In this document: piece by piece, positions 1-9,438 of the stretch | Numbering within the stretch: position 1 is the stretch's first letter | Layout of the letters: every line of letters starts with the position of its first letter | DNA from: Cellvibrionales bacterium | Lineage (GTDB): Bacteria > Pseudomonadota > Gammaproteobacteria > Pseudomonadales > JAHEGP01 | Direction of reading: 5' to 3' | DNA length: 40,069 nt | Assembly (NCBI GenBank): GCA_024645065.1 | Contig: JAHEGP010000003.1 | Location: forward strand, 1 to 40,069 | Made by a program: the position numbers and the translations under genes | Notes under the pieces: generated by a model | Databases searched by the model: none | Told to the model about the DNA's origin: nothing | The model's input: only the letters and a program-made list of their open reading frames with translations

Positions 1-196
1 CCCTCTCGAACCAGGAATATATCGGTAATCCCCATGCCGACAACAATATTGAAGCTCCGGGGTGGAATCATGAGATTTCCGTCAAAATCGACAGCGATGG
101 AACAAAAACACCGCTCTTTTCGGGGTAGAGTTTTTCGAAGGGTCTCTACAGGCCACCGGGGGCGATAGCTTGAGAACAGCGCAATTGGCTCGCTAA

Positions 197-2308
197 TCAG
201 AACTCGAGGCTCAGCCCAAGCTCCAGTCCCCGCCCGGGCTCAGGAGCAAAATCACGCAGGTAGGATGTACTGCTGCGTATCTCGGCGTTACCCAGGTTAT
301 TGCCCTTTAAAAAGATCTGCCAAGTCGAGCTGGGCAGGTTTACGCTGTAGAAAAGGCCGGCATCAACGCGGGTATAAGCCGCGGTCGGGGTTTCGTTAGC
401 GCCGGGCTTATCCTGCTCGAAACCGTGATGGACCCTGACAAAACCCGACCAATTGTGCAGGTCGATATTAAACTGCGCGCCGAGTCGAGCCGGTGGCATT
501 CGCGGCACATCTTCGTCGCTGTCTTGCAGCGTGGCTCGAGTATAGTCGCCAAAGAAGTCCAGTGAGAACTCACCCTCGGAATCTTTCCAGAGCGGCACAC
601 TTAACTCGGCCTCGATCCCTCGAAACAACGCTGCTTGTTGGGTATACAGCAGAACGGGCGGGCCCTCGTCCGCCACTTCGGGGGCGCAAACCACGGCTCC
701 CGAACATTCCCCCGGGTTGTAAATCAGCCCGGTGTTTTCCAGGTAAATATAATCGCTGAAATTATTGTAAAACAGGTTAACGTTGGCGCTGTAGCGCTCG
801 CCAAAATGGGTCCAGCCCAGCTCAAGGTTGTTTGAGGTTTCACTGTCCAGCTCGGGGTCGCCAATCTCCACCGCAGCCGTTGCGGCATGCTCAACCAGCT
901 CATCGCCGCCCAGATTAACGACATTCGAATACAACTCCTCAGCGTAGGGTGCCCGCTGCGACGCAGACAAAGCCAGTGTCAGGTTGTTGTGTTCGTTGAT
1001 CGACCATATAGCACCGGCCGAAACACTCCAGGTGGCAAAAGACCTTTGCTCCAGGCTTTTATCGTCGGGGTCAACCTGCTGGTATTCACCGCGCAAGCCC
1101 AGCTCAAGGGTCCAGTTGTCAAAGTGCCTATCCTCCAGCAGGAATAGACCGATGTTGCGGGTTACCGATTCCGGTACAAACACCTCCTCTCCGGCGGCGG
1201 CAAAGTCCCTGGTGCTGGCATCAATACCAAAGGCTCCGTGCCAGCCAGCCAGCGAATGGTGCACCGCCTCCCAGCGCAATACCCAGGCGTCATTGTCAAA
1301 GGTAGTACCGACTTCCCGGCCTTCGAGCTCGCTATGCGTATAGCGAGTGTTTGCCAGTTGCAGCCGATTGACCTCCAGCCATGGCAGCGGATGGTATATC
1401 TCAGACTTCAGGTCGAAGCGCTGCTGCTCCATATCAATGCGGATATCTGGTTCGGCGTGGAATTCTCCGCCGTCTTCACCATCCTCATGCTCATGCCCGG
1501 CGTGGGCACCTTGCGGAATCCCGTAATTATCTTTCAACTGGCTGGCACTGATGCCCACATAGCCCCAGTCCTGAACCCAGGAAGTGCCGGCAGTAATACT
1601 ACTGTTATGGCCATTGGAATTGCCGATATAGCCGTCGGTATTATCCTCCGGCATTTCACCATCGATTTTGATCGCTTCACCGGGTATCGAGACATCATCA
1701 TTTTCACCGTAGAGACCATCCAGGTGAAAAGCCATTGACCCTGCCCCGGCATCCAGCTTGAACATCGTGACATTGCCATCGTCAACAGTATTGTGGCGCC
1801 AGGCAATGCCACCCCAGGGCGCCTCCGGAACAGTGTCGGGGATGCGCCCATCGATAACGTTGACCACTCCCCCGATCGCCCCGTTGCCGTAAAGCAACGA
1901 TGCCGGACCCTTGATCACTTCAATTCGCTCCGCCAGGAATGGCTCGGCGGCATTCGCGTGGTCGGGACTAAGGGTGGATACGTCCTGTATCGCCAGACCG
2001 TTTTGCAGCACTAGTACACGCGGCCCGGTTTGACCTCGGATGACAGGCTTACCGACCCCTGGGCCGAAGGACGTGCTGCTGACCCCCGGTTCGAAGGACA
2101 GGGTTTCCCCCAGGCTGGAGCTGACCACGTTACGCAAATCGTCTCCAGCCAGAGTTATCACCGGCATTGCCGTCTCGGCTTCTGATTTGTGCAGTGGTGC
2201 AGTCACCACAACATGCTCTATTTCGGTTTCATTGGGTTCGAGCGCGACCACACCTGTGGCGCACGCAATCGAAGCCCCGGCGGCGACAGCCCCGCGTAGA
2301 TAGTTCAT
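197..2308 (-). CDS. TonB-dependent receptor, ZnuD-like (metal uptake)
   Basis: 703 aa; signal peptide; TonB-box-like EHVVVTA; plug motifs GKPVIRG and ERIEVIKGPASLLYGNGAIGGVVN; His/acidic loop HAGHEHEDGEDGGEFH typical of ZnuD; C-terminal Phe; AGGAG RBS upstream. Confidence 0.9.
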   Translation of the reverse strand: MNYLRGAVAAGASIACATGVVALEPNETEIEHVVVTAPLHKSEAETAMPVITLAGDDLRNVVSSSLGETLSFEPGVSSTSFGPGVGKPVIRGQTGPRVLVLQNGLAIQDVSTLSPDHANAAEPFLAERIEVIKGPASLLYGNGAIGGVVNVIDGRIPDTVPEAPWGGIAWRHNTVDDGNVTMFKLDAGAGSMAFHLDGLYGENDDVSIPGEAIKIDGEMPEDNTDGYIGNSNGHNSSITAGTSWVQDWGYVGISASQLKDNYGIPQGAHAGHEHEDGEDGGEFHAEPDIRIDMEQQRFDLKSEIYHPLPWLEVNRLQLANTRYTHSELEGREVGTTFDNDAWVLRWEAVHHSLAGWHGAFGIDASTRDFAAAGEEVFVPESVTRNIGLFLLEDRHFDNWTLELGLRGEYQQVDPDDKSLEQRSFATWSVSAGAIWSINEHNNLTLALSASQRAPYAEELYSNVVNLGGDELVEHAATAAVEIGDPELDSETSNNLELGWTHFGERYSANVNLFYNNFSDYIYLENTGLIYNPGECSGAVVCAPEVADEGPPVLLYTQQAALFRGIEAELSVPLWKDSEGEFSLDFFGDYTRATLQDSDEDVPRMPPARLGAQFNIDLHNWSGFVRVHHGFEQDKPGANETPTAAYTRVDAGLFYSVNLPSSTWQIFLKGNNLGNAEIRSSTSYLRDFAPEPGRGLELGLSLEF

Positions 2309-2367
2309 TGCCTTGCTCCTGTAAAAAAGCTGGTGAAATCAAGAGTGAGATACTGCTTGAATACTGC

Positions 2368-2649
2368 TCAGGAGACTGCGGGTGGGGCCCTGCCATAAAA
2401 ACAGGGATAATGGCCGATAAAGACACAATTGGTAACGCTGGCGGCTAACACTTCGCCACAGTTTAAAGGGGGCGAACCGAGTTCGGTCGCTGCCACAGCC
2501 GGGTTATGGTCGACCTGGCAGTGAAAACACGTTGCGCTGTCGCTGTCGCTATGCAGGTGCACGGTTCCCTGCAGGAAAGACATCGACAACAGGGCCATCA
2601 CCAGAATCAGGCAACGCGGCAATGCATGTGATGAGCGTGCAGTGGACAT
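2368..2649 (-). CDS. DUF2946/CruR-like leader protein (hydrophobic N-terminus, HxH, CxxC, C-terminal RAPP)
   Basis: From ATG 2649: MSTARSSHALPRCLILVMALLSMSFLQGTVHLHSDSDSATCFHCQ...FYGRAPPAVS, 93 aa; ends 59 nt upstream of the TonB receptor on the same strand. Confidence 0.8.
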   Translation of the reverse strand: MSTARSSHALPRCLILVMALLSMSFLQGTVHLHSDSDSATCFHCQVDHNPAVAATELGSPPLNCGEVLAASVTNCVFIGHYPCFYGRAPPAVS

Positions 2650-2777
2650 GAGGTACCAGAGAGGGTTACAGGATTTGGACAGATTCCAAATACCAGTGGA
2701 CGACCTCGACCGCATCGCCCTTGTTCACCCGATTACAATCCGCTAGATTCTAAACCAACTCCAACAAAGGTGTCACG

Positions 2778-5207
2778 ATGAAAAAGCCCTTCCCGCAAGC
2801 TGCTGTGGAGTTGGATCTGGACATTGAAGGAATGAGCTGCGGCGCCTGTGCAGCGAAAATCCAGCGCCAGGTTAGCAGGCTGCCGGAGGTTGAACAGGTC
2901 AGCGTCAACTTTGCCGATGGCTCGCTTCACGCCCGCGCCAAACGTGACGTAACTGACAGCGTCATAAAACTGGTCGAGAGTCTGGGTTACCGCGTTAGCG
3001 ACGTAGCCCTGCCGCTGGCCCTGGCGATAAGCGGCATGCACTGCAGCAACTGCGCCAGCAAAATCCAGCAACAGCTCAGCCAACTACCCGGGGTTGAGAA
3101 GGTTGAAGTAAGCTATGCTGCCGGGTCGCTGCGGGCGCTGGCAAAACCAAGCCAACTACCCGCCATCCAGGCGCTCATCGAATCGCTGGGATACCAGAGC
3201 TTCGAGTCCAGTGCTGCGCGCAAGCAATCCGCCTACGAACACCGAAGACAATTGCTTCTGGCTGAAGAGAAACAGTTGCTGCAGATGTTCATCATCGGGC
3301 TGGCCTGCAGCATGCCCCTCGTTGTGAACATGGTGCTGATGCTGACGGGCGGGCCCCAGCTGCCCCGTTGGCTTGAGTTTGCCCTGGCGACCCCGGTCCA
3401 ACTGGTGCTGGGCCAGCATTTCTATCGCGGGGCATGGCGGGCGCTCAGGGCTGGTTACGCCAATATGGACGTGCTGGTCGCGCTGGGAACCAGCACGGCA
3501 TATCTGTTGAGCCTCTACAACTGGCTGTTCACCACCAGCGGGCATTTGTATTTTGAATCCGCGGCGGTTGTGCTGACCCTGGTTTTCCTCGGCAAGTGGC
3601 TGGAGAGTCGCACCAGGCGGCGCACCAGCTCGGCGGTAGAAAGCCTTATCCAATTGACCCCCAAGCGGGCAACGGTCGTGCGGGGCGGAGAAAGCTTGAG
3701 CGTGAACGTCGAGCAATTGGCGGTCGGCGATACTATCAGGATCAGTCCCGGGGAAAAGGTTGCCGCCGACTGCCTGGTCATTGCCGGCCAGAGTGAGCTC
3801 GACGAATCGCTGCTAACCGGCGAGAGCCAGCCGGTGCATCGTGCTGCTGGCGACAAGCTGGTAGCCGGAGCGATCAACGGCAGCGGTGCCCTCGAAGCCC
3901 GTGTCATAGCCACGGGAGACAATTCAAGCCTGGGTAAAATCATCCAGTGGGTTGAACACGCACAGGCGAGTAAGGCGCCCATACAGCGCCTGGTCGATCG
4001 GGTATCCCTTTACTTCGTGCCCACTGTTATTGTGATCGCCCTCGTCACACTGCTGTGCTGGGGTAGTCTGGCGGGTGACTGGAGCAAAGGCTTTCTGAGT
4101 GCCGCAGCAGTGCTGGTAATCGCCTGTCCCTGCGCATTGGGGTTGGCGACACCCGCGGCAATCATGGCCGGCAACGGTGTCGCCGCGGGACGCGGCATTC
4201 TGTTTCGCGACGTCGATGCACTGCAGCGGGCAGTTACGGTGGATGCGGTAATGTTTGACAAGACCGGCACCCTGACCGAAGGCAAACCGGCACTCGAGAA
4301 AATACACTACTTCGATCCGGATACGGACGCCACGCTGGCCCTTTTGTATGGGCTGCAACTTCACTCGGAGCACCCGCTGGCAACAGCCGTGGTCAACTAC
4401 GCCAAACAGCAACAGCTGCAAACGCTGCCCGTTGATGGAGTCAAGGCACTGGTCGGTCGCGGTGTCGAGGGTACTGCGGGGACACGGCGACTACTCGCCG
4501 GCAGCCAGCGCCTGCTGCAGGAACGCGGCATCGAGATTGAGCCACAGGCCAGGAACACCTACCGGCAGCTCAGTGCCGGTGGCGCCACCGTGGTATGGTT
4601 TTGCATCGATGAGCAGCCGGCCGCTGTTTACAGTATCACCGATCCCCTGCGCCCCTCTGCCGCTCGAGCCATCGAACTGCTGCGCCAGCGCGGCGTCGAG
4701 ATTCACATGTTGACGGGCGACCAACACTCGGTGGCGACCCGGGTGGCACAAGCACTGGGGCTGGAGAATTTTACCGCGGAGGCCAGGCCGGAGGACAAGG
4801 CCAGTAAGATCGCTGCCCTGCAGGACTGTGGCAAGCATGTCGCCATGGTGGGCGACGGTATCAACGATGCCCCGGCACTGGCCCGGGCAGATATTGGCAT
4901 CGCCATGGGCTCGGGCACCGATGTCGCCGCTGAGACAGCCGGAATCACCCTGCTGCGCAGCGACCCGCTGCTGGTGGCAGACAGCCTGGAAATCGCCGAT
5001 CGCACTTACACCAAAATAAAGCAGAATCTTTGGTGGGCCTTCCTTTTCAATAGCGCCGGTATTCCACTGGCCGCACTGGGAATGCTCAATCCGATGCTTG
5101 CCGGGGCTGCAATGGCGTTTTCCAGTGTGCTCGTGGTCAGCAACGCGCTGCTGTTGCAGCGCTGGCGGCCGCCCTCCACGGAACAGGCACCTGCGCCATC
5201 ACCTTAG
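2778..5207 (+). CDS. copA: P1B-type heavy-metal (Cu+-like) translocating ATPase
   Basis: Two HMA domains (GMSCGAC, GMHCSNC), YFESAA, TGES, CPCALGLATP, DKTGT, SEHP, GDGINDAP, MAFSS. Confidence 0.9.
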   Translation: MKKPFPQAAVELDLDIEGMSCGACAAKIQRQVSRLPEVEQVSVNFADGSLHARAKRDVTDSVIKLVESLGYRVSDVALPLALAISGMHCSNCASKIQQQLSQLPGVEKVEVSYAAGSLRALAKPSQLPAIQALIESLGYQSFESSAARKQSAYEHRRQLLLAEEKQLLQMFIIGLACSMPLVVNMVLMLTGGPQLPRWLEFALATPVQLVLGQHFYRGAWRALRAGYANMDVLVALGTSTAYLLSLYNWLFTTSGHLYFESAAVVLTLVFLGKWLESRTRRRTSSAVESLIQLTPKRATVVRGGESLSVNVEQLAVGDTIRISPGEKVAADCLVIAGQSELDESLLTGESQPVHRAAGDKLVAGAINGSGALEARVIATGDNSSLGKIIQWVEHAQASKAPIQRLVDRVSLYFVPTVIVIALVTLLCWGSLAGDWSKGFLSAAAVLVIACPCALGLATPAAIMAGNGVAAGRGILFRDVDALQRAVTVDAVMFDKTGTLTEGKPALEKIHYFDPDTDATLALLYGLQLHSEHPLATAVVNYAKQQQLQTLPVDGVKALVGRGVEGTAGTRRLLAGSQRLLQERGIEIEPQARNTYRQLSAGGATVVWFCIDEQPAAVYSITDPLRPSAARAIELLRQRGVEIHMLTGDQHSVATRVAQALGLENFTAEARPEDKASKIAALQDCGKHVAMVGDGINDAPALARADIGIAMGSGTDVAAETAGITLLRSDPLLVADSLEIADRTYTKIKQNLWWAFLFNSAGIPLAALGMLNPMLAGAAMAFSSVLVVSNALLLQRWRPPSTEQAPAPSP

Positions 5208-5290
5208 CTGTAATCGACAGCAAGCCGGCAGCAAGGCCTCCGACCTCCGGGTAAATCGATGGGCCGGAGATTCATGGAATTTCAACAGCC

Positions 5291-6352
5291 CTAGTAGGTC
5301 CACTCCAACGATGTGATGATACCGTAATCAGTGCCACTGGCACTGTCGTCGCCATCGCTTGACTCGGGAGGCTGATTATCGGTGCTGGAGTAAACTGTAA
5401 TGACCCAGTTGAGGTCCGGGATGATCTCCCAGCGAATCTTGCCGTCCAGGGTGGTACGAATCCGCCCTCCTTCGGTCAGGCTGGGAAACACCGTGAACTG
5501 GATAGACACATCGGCTTTGGGCGTGTTGAACTTGAAGAAGTCGTAGCCAATCCCTGCGAATATCTCCAGTGAGGTACGTTTTTCCCGGTCGACGGAGAAA
5601 TAGGTTTCGTTGTTCAGGGCCAATCCCGCCGCGGTCGCCAGAATCGTGCGATTGGTATTCACAAAGTGATAAGACCCACCTGCCAGCAACAGCCCTCGCA
5701 GCTTCAAATCCAGCTCGGTATTTTGCTCGAACTCGGCCTTGGAAAGCGATGTCCAATTCGAGCCCAGATAGCCCTCGTGGGTGAAACTGCCGACATAGCG
5801 TTCGGTCGCGGGCTCTGAATTACGACTGGAAACCAGTGCACTGATATCAATGCCATAGGTGTGGATGGCGGAGCGGTAGGTTCCGCTCGAGGCGAAGTTG
5901 AGCTGTATATCGTCGTTTGCCTTTTTAAAGCTGAAGCCCAGGCTGACCGCGCCGCTCATACGAGCCCAAAAAGTATCCTCTACCGCCGCAATGCTAACTA
6001 CCGTGCTCTGTTTGAGCTGCACACTCCGACCCTCAGCTTCGATCTCGAGCCTGGCGCCGTCCGCTGTCGTGCGCAGCGCACCAAACGCCAGTATTCCACT
6101 TGCCGTCTCGACAAAGAAATGCTTATTCGACTGCACCGTCGCGATGTCCAGCCATTCGATGTAAAGCGTACCGGCACTGTCGGTCTTGACTCTCAAAAGC
6201 CCCCGCTCGAGCTCCTTGATCTCACAGGTGATGCGATCGCCATTCACCAGCGTGATAACGTCGGTCTTTTGCGCCATCGCCGGCACGGGGCGCAGTGCCA
6301 GCAAAACTGCCAGCACAATTTGAAGTCCCAACCTGGCGAAACGACTCAACAT
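5291..6352 (-). CDS. DUF481-family outer-membrane beta-barrel protein
   Basis: Likely start ATG 6352 with GGAG RBS; signal peptide; N-domain DVITLVNGDRITCEI; amphipathic strands; ends LEWTY. Confidence 0.7.
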   Translation of the reverse strand: MLSRFARLGLQIVLAVLLALRPVPAMAQKTDVITLVNGDRITCEIKELERGLLRVKTDSAGTLYIEWLDIATVQSNKHFFVETASGILAFGALRTTADGARLEIEAEGRSVQLKQSTVVSIAAVEDTFWARMSGAVSLGFSFKKANDDIQLNFASSGTYRSAIHTYGIDISALVSSRNSEPATERYVGSFTHEGYLGSNWTSLSKAEFEQNTELDLKLRGLLLAGGSYHFVNTNRTILATAAGLALNNETYFSVDREKRTSLEIFAGIGYDFFKFNTPKADVSIQFTVFPSLTEGGRIRTTLDGKIRWEIIPDLNWVITVYSSTDNQPPESSDGDDSASGTDYGIITSLEWTY

Positions 6353-6655
6353 CCAGTCTCCATCTTCGACGAGCTGCGCTGCGTTATTGGTTTCTATAGC
6401 TAGCGGCCCGAATGCCGCGCCCAAACGGAGGTATTTGTATCCTCGCAGGGGAAACCCCTGGCGACCATGGCAGGCAGCTCACCGTCCCGGAACGTGCTCA
6501 CGGTAGCTGCGACCTGGAATCGCACGCCGCCGATTATACGCTGCAAGCCGCGCCGGGTGGCAAGCGTTCGCTATCCCGCAAAGATTCACTCTGGCGGGAA
6601 CATGCACAGTATTATATCTTGTCGGTATAGACCGTCGCGATGCGGAGCCTGCACG

Positions 6656-7180
6656 ATGTCCTTTAGCAAATTGTCAGATAATCAATTCCTGTCGCTTGGC
6701 ACCTGGCGGAAAAACGGCAAGGTGGTGGACACAACTGTCTGGTTTGCCAAAGAAGGCAAGTATCTGCTGGTTTTTTCATCGGCGGACGCGGGCAAGGTGA
6801 AGCGCCTGCGAAATAGCAGCCGGGCCCGAGTGGCCCCCTGCACCGTTTCGGGAAAGCTATTGGGCGACTGGATCGACGTGAAGGCTGAAATCATTACCGA
6901 TGAGGCTGCCATGGAGCGCGCCTACACTGCCCTGCGCAATCGCTACGGCTGGAAAATGCTGGTCACTGATTTCTTTTCCCGGGTAGCGGGAAAAATGTCC
7001 AGGCGCGTGTTTATTCGAATCACTCCAGCAACGAAAAAGAAAAGCCAGCCCGGGGCCAAGACCAAAACCAAAACCAAAACCGGCAAAGCCAAACCGATAA
7101 CCAGAAAAGCGGCGCCCAGGAGAGCAAAAACCAGGCGCACCCCGCCCGGGCGAAGCAAAACGCCGCAAAAATCGGCCTGA
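6656..7180 (+). CDS. PPOX-class (pyridoxamine 5'-phosphate oxidase-like, Rv2061-type) putative F420-dependent oxidoreductase with Lys/Arg-rich C-terminal extension
   Basis: ATG 6656 after GGAG; motifs FLSLGTWRKNGKVVDTTVWF and AGKVKRLRNSSRARVAPCTVSGK; basic tail after RITPA. Confidence 0.8.
   Translation: MSFSKLSDNQFLSLGTWRKNGKVVDTTVWFAKEGKYLLVFSSADAGKVKRLRNSSRARVAPCTVSGKLLGDWIDVKAEIITDEAAMERAYTALRNRYGWKMLVTDFFSRVAGKMSRRVFIRITPATKKKSQPGAKTKTKTKTGKAKPITRKAAPRRAKTRRTPPGRSKTPQKSA
7061..7081 (+). repeat. Short tandem repeat (ACCAAA)3-ACC encoding TKTKTKT
   Basis: accaaaaccaaaaccaaaacc seen directly within the basic tail. Confidence 0.7.
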
Positions 7181-7206
7181 GCTGGTATTGGCGGCCCGGC
7201 CTCCAA

Positions 7207-7212
7207 TATAAT
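7207..7212 (+). promoter_or_regulatory. Possible sigma70 -10 element for hinT-cmoAB
   Basis: Perfect TATAAT 23 nt upstream of the hinT ATG; no good -35 at canonical spacing. Confidence 0.35.
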
Positions 7213-7235
7213 CAAATGCGACAGGGGATCTCGAC

Positions 7236-7577
7236 ATGACTTGCTTGTTCTGCAACATCATCAGTGGCGACGTGCCAGCTGATATCGTCTACCAGGATGA
7301 TCGCATTATCGCTTTTCGTGACATCTCTCCCAAGGCTCCCAACCACGTACTGATCATCCCCAGGAAGCACATTCCGACTCTCAACGATGCACAAGCCGGC
7401 GATGCCGAACTGCTCGGGCATATCCTGCTAACCGCCGCGACATTGGCCGGGCAGCTTGGCTGCAAGGAGCAGGGTTACCGGGTCGTCATGAATTGTAATG
7501 CGGCCGCGGGCCAGACCGTATTCCATATTCACCTGCACTTGCTTTGCGGGCGCACCATGCACTGGCCCCCGGGTTGA
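7236..7577 (+). CDS. hinT: Histidine triad nucleotide-binding protein
   Basis: CLFCNII start, AFRDISPKAPNHVLIIP, GQTVFHIHLHLL (HxHxH), C-terminal WPPG. Confidence 0.95.
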   Translation: MTCLFCNIISGDVPADIVYQDDRIIAFRDISPKAPNHVLIIPRKHIPTLNDAQAGDAELLGHILLTAATLAGQLGCKEQGYRVVMNCNAAAGQTVFHIHLHLLCGRTMHWPPG

Positions 7578-7596
7578 CCCCCGACATCGTGTATCC

Positions 7597-8334
7597 GTGA
7601 ACAACACACCTTCCGTCACCGATACCCTGTTCGCCCAACCGCTAGAGCAATTGCAGCGATTTCGCTTCGACGAGCATGTCGCTCGGGTGTTCGCCGACAT
7701 GATCAGCCGCTCGGTGCCGGGTTACGACCTGACCCTGAGCATGATTGGAGTCCTGGCGGCGCACTTCGCCCAGGGAGACAGCCGCTGCTACGATCTCGGT
7801 TGTTCCCTTGGCGCGTCTACCCTGGCAATGCGCCACCGGGTACCCGCCAGTTGCCATCTGCTTGCCATCGATAACTCCATGGCGATGCTCGAACGCTGTC
7901 GGGATAACCTGCGGCGCGATAGTGGCGCGGCCCGGGTCGATATCATTTGCGCCGACATCCAGCAGGCCGTGATCAGCAACGCCTCGATGGTAACCCTCAA
8001 CTTCACCCTCCAATTCGTGCCCGCTGACCAGCGCCTGGATATGCTTCAGCGCATTCATTGCGGGCTCAGACCCGGTGGAGCACTGGTGCTGTCGGAAAAA
8101 ACCGCCCTGCCGGGGAAGTCCCAGCAACAGCTATTTGAGTCGCTGCACCATGATTTCAAACGCGAGATGGGCTACAGCGACCTTGAAGTAGCGCAAAAGC
8201 GGGCAGCGCTCGACCAGGTGCTGATACCGGATACCGCCGCAAGCCACATGGAGCGCCTGCACAAAGCCGGGTTCAAGGAGGTTTACACCTGGTTCCAGTG
8301 CCTCAATTTCGCCTCCTGGCTGGCGATCAAATGA
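7597..8334 (+). CDS. cmoA: Carboxy-S-adenosyl-L-methionine synthase
   Basis: Likely GTG start at 7597; FRFDEHVARVFADMISRSVPGY, YDLGCSLGA, LNFTLQF, GYSDLEVAQKR; ATGA overlap with cmoB. Confidence 0.95.
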   Translation: MNNTPSVTDTLFAQPLEQLQRFRFDEHVARVFADMISRSVPGYDLTLSMIGVLAAHFAQGDSRCYDLGCSLGASTLAMRHRVPASCHLLAIDNSMAMLERCRDNLRRDSGAARVDIICADIQQAVISNASMVTLNFTLQFVPADQRLDMLQRIHCGLRPGGALVLSEKTALPGKSQQQLFESLHHDFKREMGYSDLEVAQKRAALDQVLIPDTAASHMERLHKAGFKEVYTWFQCLNFASWLAIK

Positions 8335-9308
8335 TCCCATTCGATGATTTTTACCGGGAACTTGAGACCACCCCCCTCAAAACCGGGATCCCCCGCTTCA
8401 GAGACGCAATAGACCGCCGTTACAGCCATCGAATACACGGCGATCATCACAAATGGCTGAAGGCTTATCGAGAATTGCCGGCGCTGGCCGCCGATACCGT
8501 TGCCCTCGATAGCGATACTGTCTCGGCCTTCCGTCGCCAGGCTTTGCTGCCGGCAGAGCAACGGCAGCTGGAAGGCGCCCTGCAGCAACTGCACCCCTGG
8601 CGTAAAGGCCCCTATCAGTTGTTTGATGTCGTCATCGATACCGAATGGCGCTCGGATTGGAAATGGCGCCGCCTGGCACCTCACATCAGCTCGCTTCAAG
8701 GGCGCATGGTTCTCGATGTCGGTTGCGGCAGCGGCTATCACTGCTGGCGTATGGCCGGGGCCGGGGCTCGTCTGGTGGTGGGAATCGACCCATCGCAGAA
8801 GTTCCTGTTCCAGTTCCAGGCCATAAAAAAGTACCTCGGACGGCAGCCGGTCTTCTATCTGCCGCTGCGAAGCGAAGACTTGCCGCCGGCGCTCGGGCGC
8901 TTCGATACTGTTTTCAGCATGGGTGTGCTGTACCATCGCCGCTCACCGTTCGAGCACCTGGAGGAACTGCGCGGGGCGCTGAGACCAGGCGGTGAATTGG
9001 TACTGGAGACGCTGGTGACCGAGGGCGCCCGACACCAGGTGTTGGTGCCCGGCGAGCGCTATGCGCAGATGCGAAACGTCTGGTTCATACCCAGCGCTGC
9101 AGAACTATTGCACTGGCTTGCTCGCGCCGGCTTCCGCGAACCGCGTCTGGTCGACAGTAACAGGACTACGACCGACGAACAGCGCAGTACACCCTGGATG
9201 CGCTTTCACTCCCTGGAAAACTTTTTGGATCCCGCTGACCCCGGTCGCACCATAGAGGGGTATCCTGCCCCCCATCGGGCGTGTTTTATAGCACGTCGCC
9301 CGCCATGA
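8331..9308 (+). CDS. cmoB: tRNA 5-methoxyuridine(34)/uridine 5-oxyacetic acid(34) synthase
   Basis: PWRKGPY, IDTEWRSDWKW, LDVGCGSGYH, SMGVLYHRRSP, RYAQMRNVWFIPS, TIEGYPAP. Confidence 0.95.
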   Translation: MIPFDDFYRELETTPLKTGIPRFRDAIDRRYSHRIHGDHHKWLKAYRELPALAADTVALDSDTVSAFRRQALLPAEQRQLEGALQQLHPWRKGPYQLFDVVIDTEWRSDWKWRRLAPHISSLQGRMVLDVGCGSGYHCWRMAGAGARLVVGIDPSQKFLFQFQAIKKYLGRQPVFYLPLRSEDLPPALGRFDTVFSMGVLYHRRSPFEHLEELRGALRPGGELVLETLVTEGARHQVLVPGERYAQMRNVWFIPSAAELLHWLARAGFREPRLVDSNRTTTDEQRSTPWMRFHSLENFLDPADPGRTIEGYPAPHRACFIARRPP

Positions 9309-9438
9309 GTGGCGAGCATTCCACCTCATGCAGCCCTGGTAAACCGACTGATCGCCAGCTACCGGCATTGAACACCCCTGATCCCGGCGCGCAACCGACA
9401 CTCCGGATACGCTTCAATGATACGTCAGGGGTTGCGGT

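Noticed and set aside
1-196. Possible start of a minus-strand gene running off the left edge
   Set aside because: Too short to fix the frame or product.
2741-2777. Possible MerR/CueR-type operator before copA
   Set aside because: Only the AAGGT half-site is present, with no convincing dyad or -35/-10 pair.
7186-7208. Hairpin TATTGG-CGGCCCGGCCT-CCAATA as a terminator
   Set aside because: No U-tract follows, and it overlaps the putative -10 of hinT.
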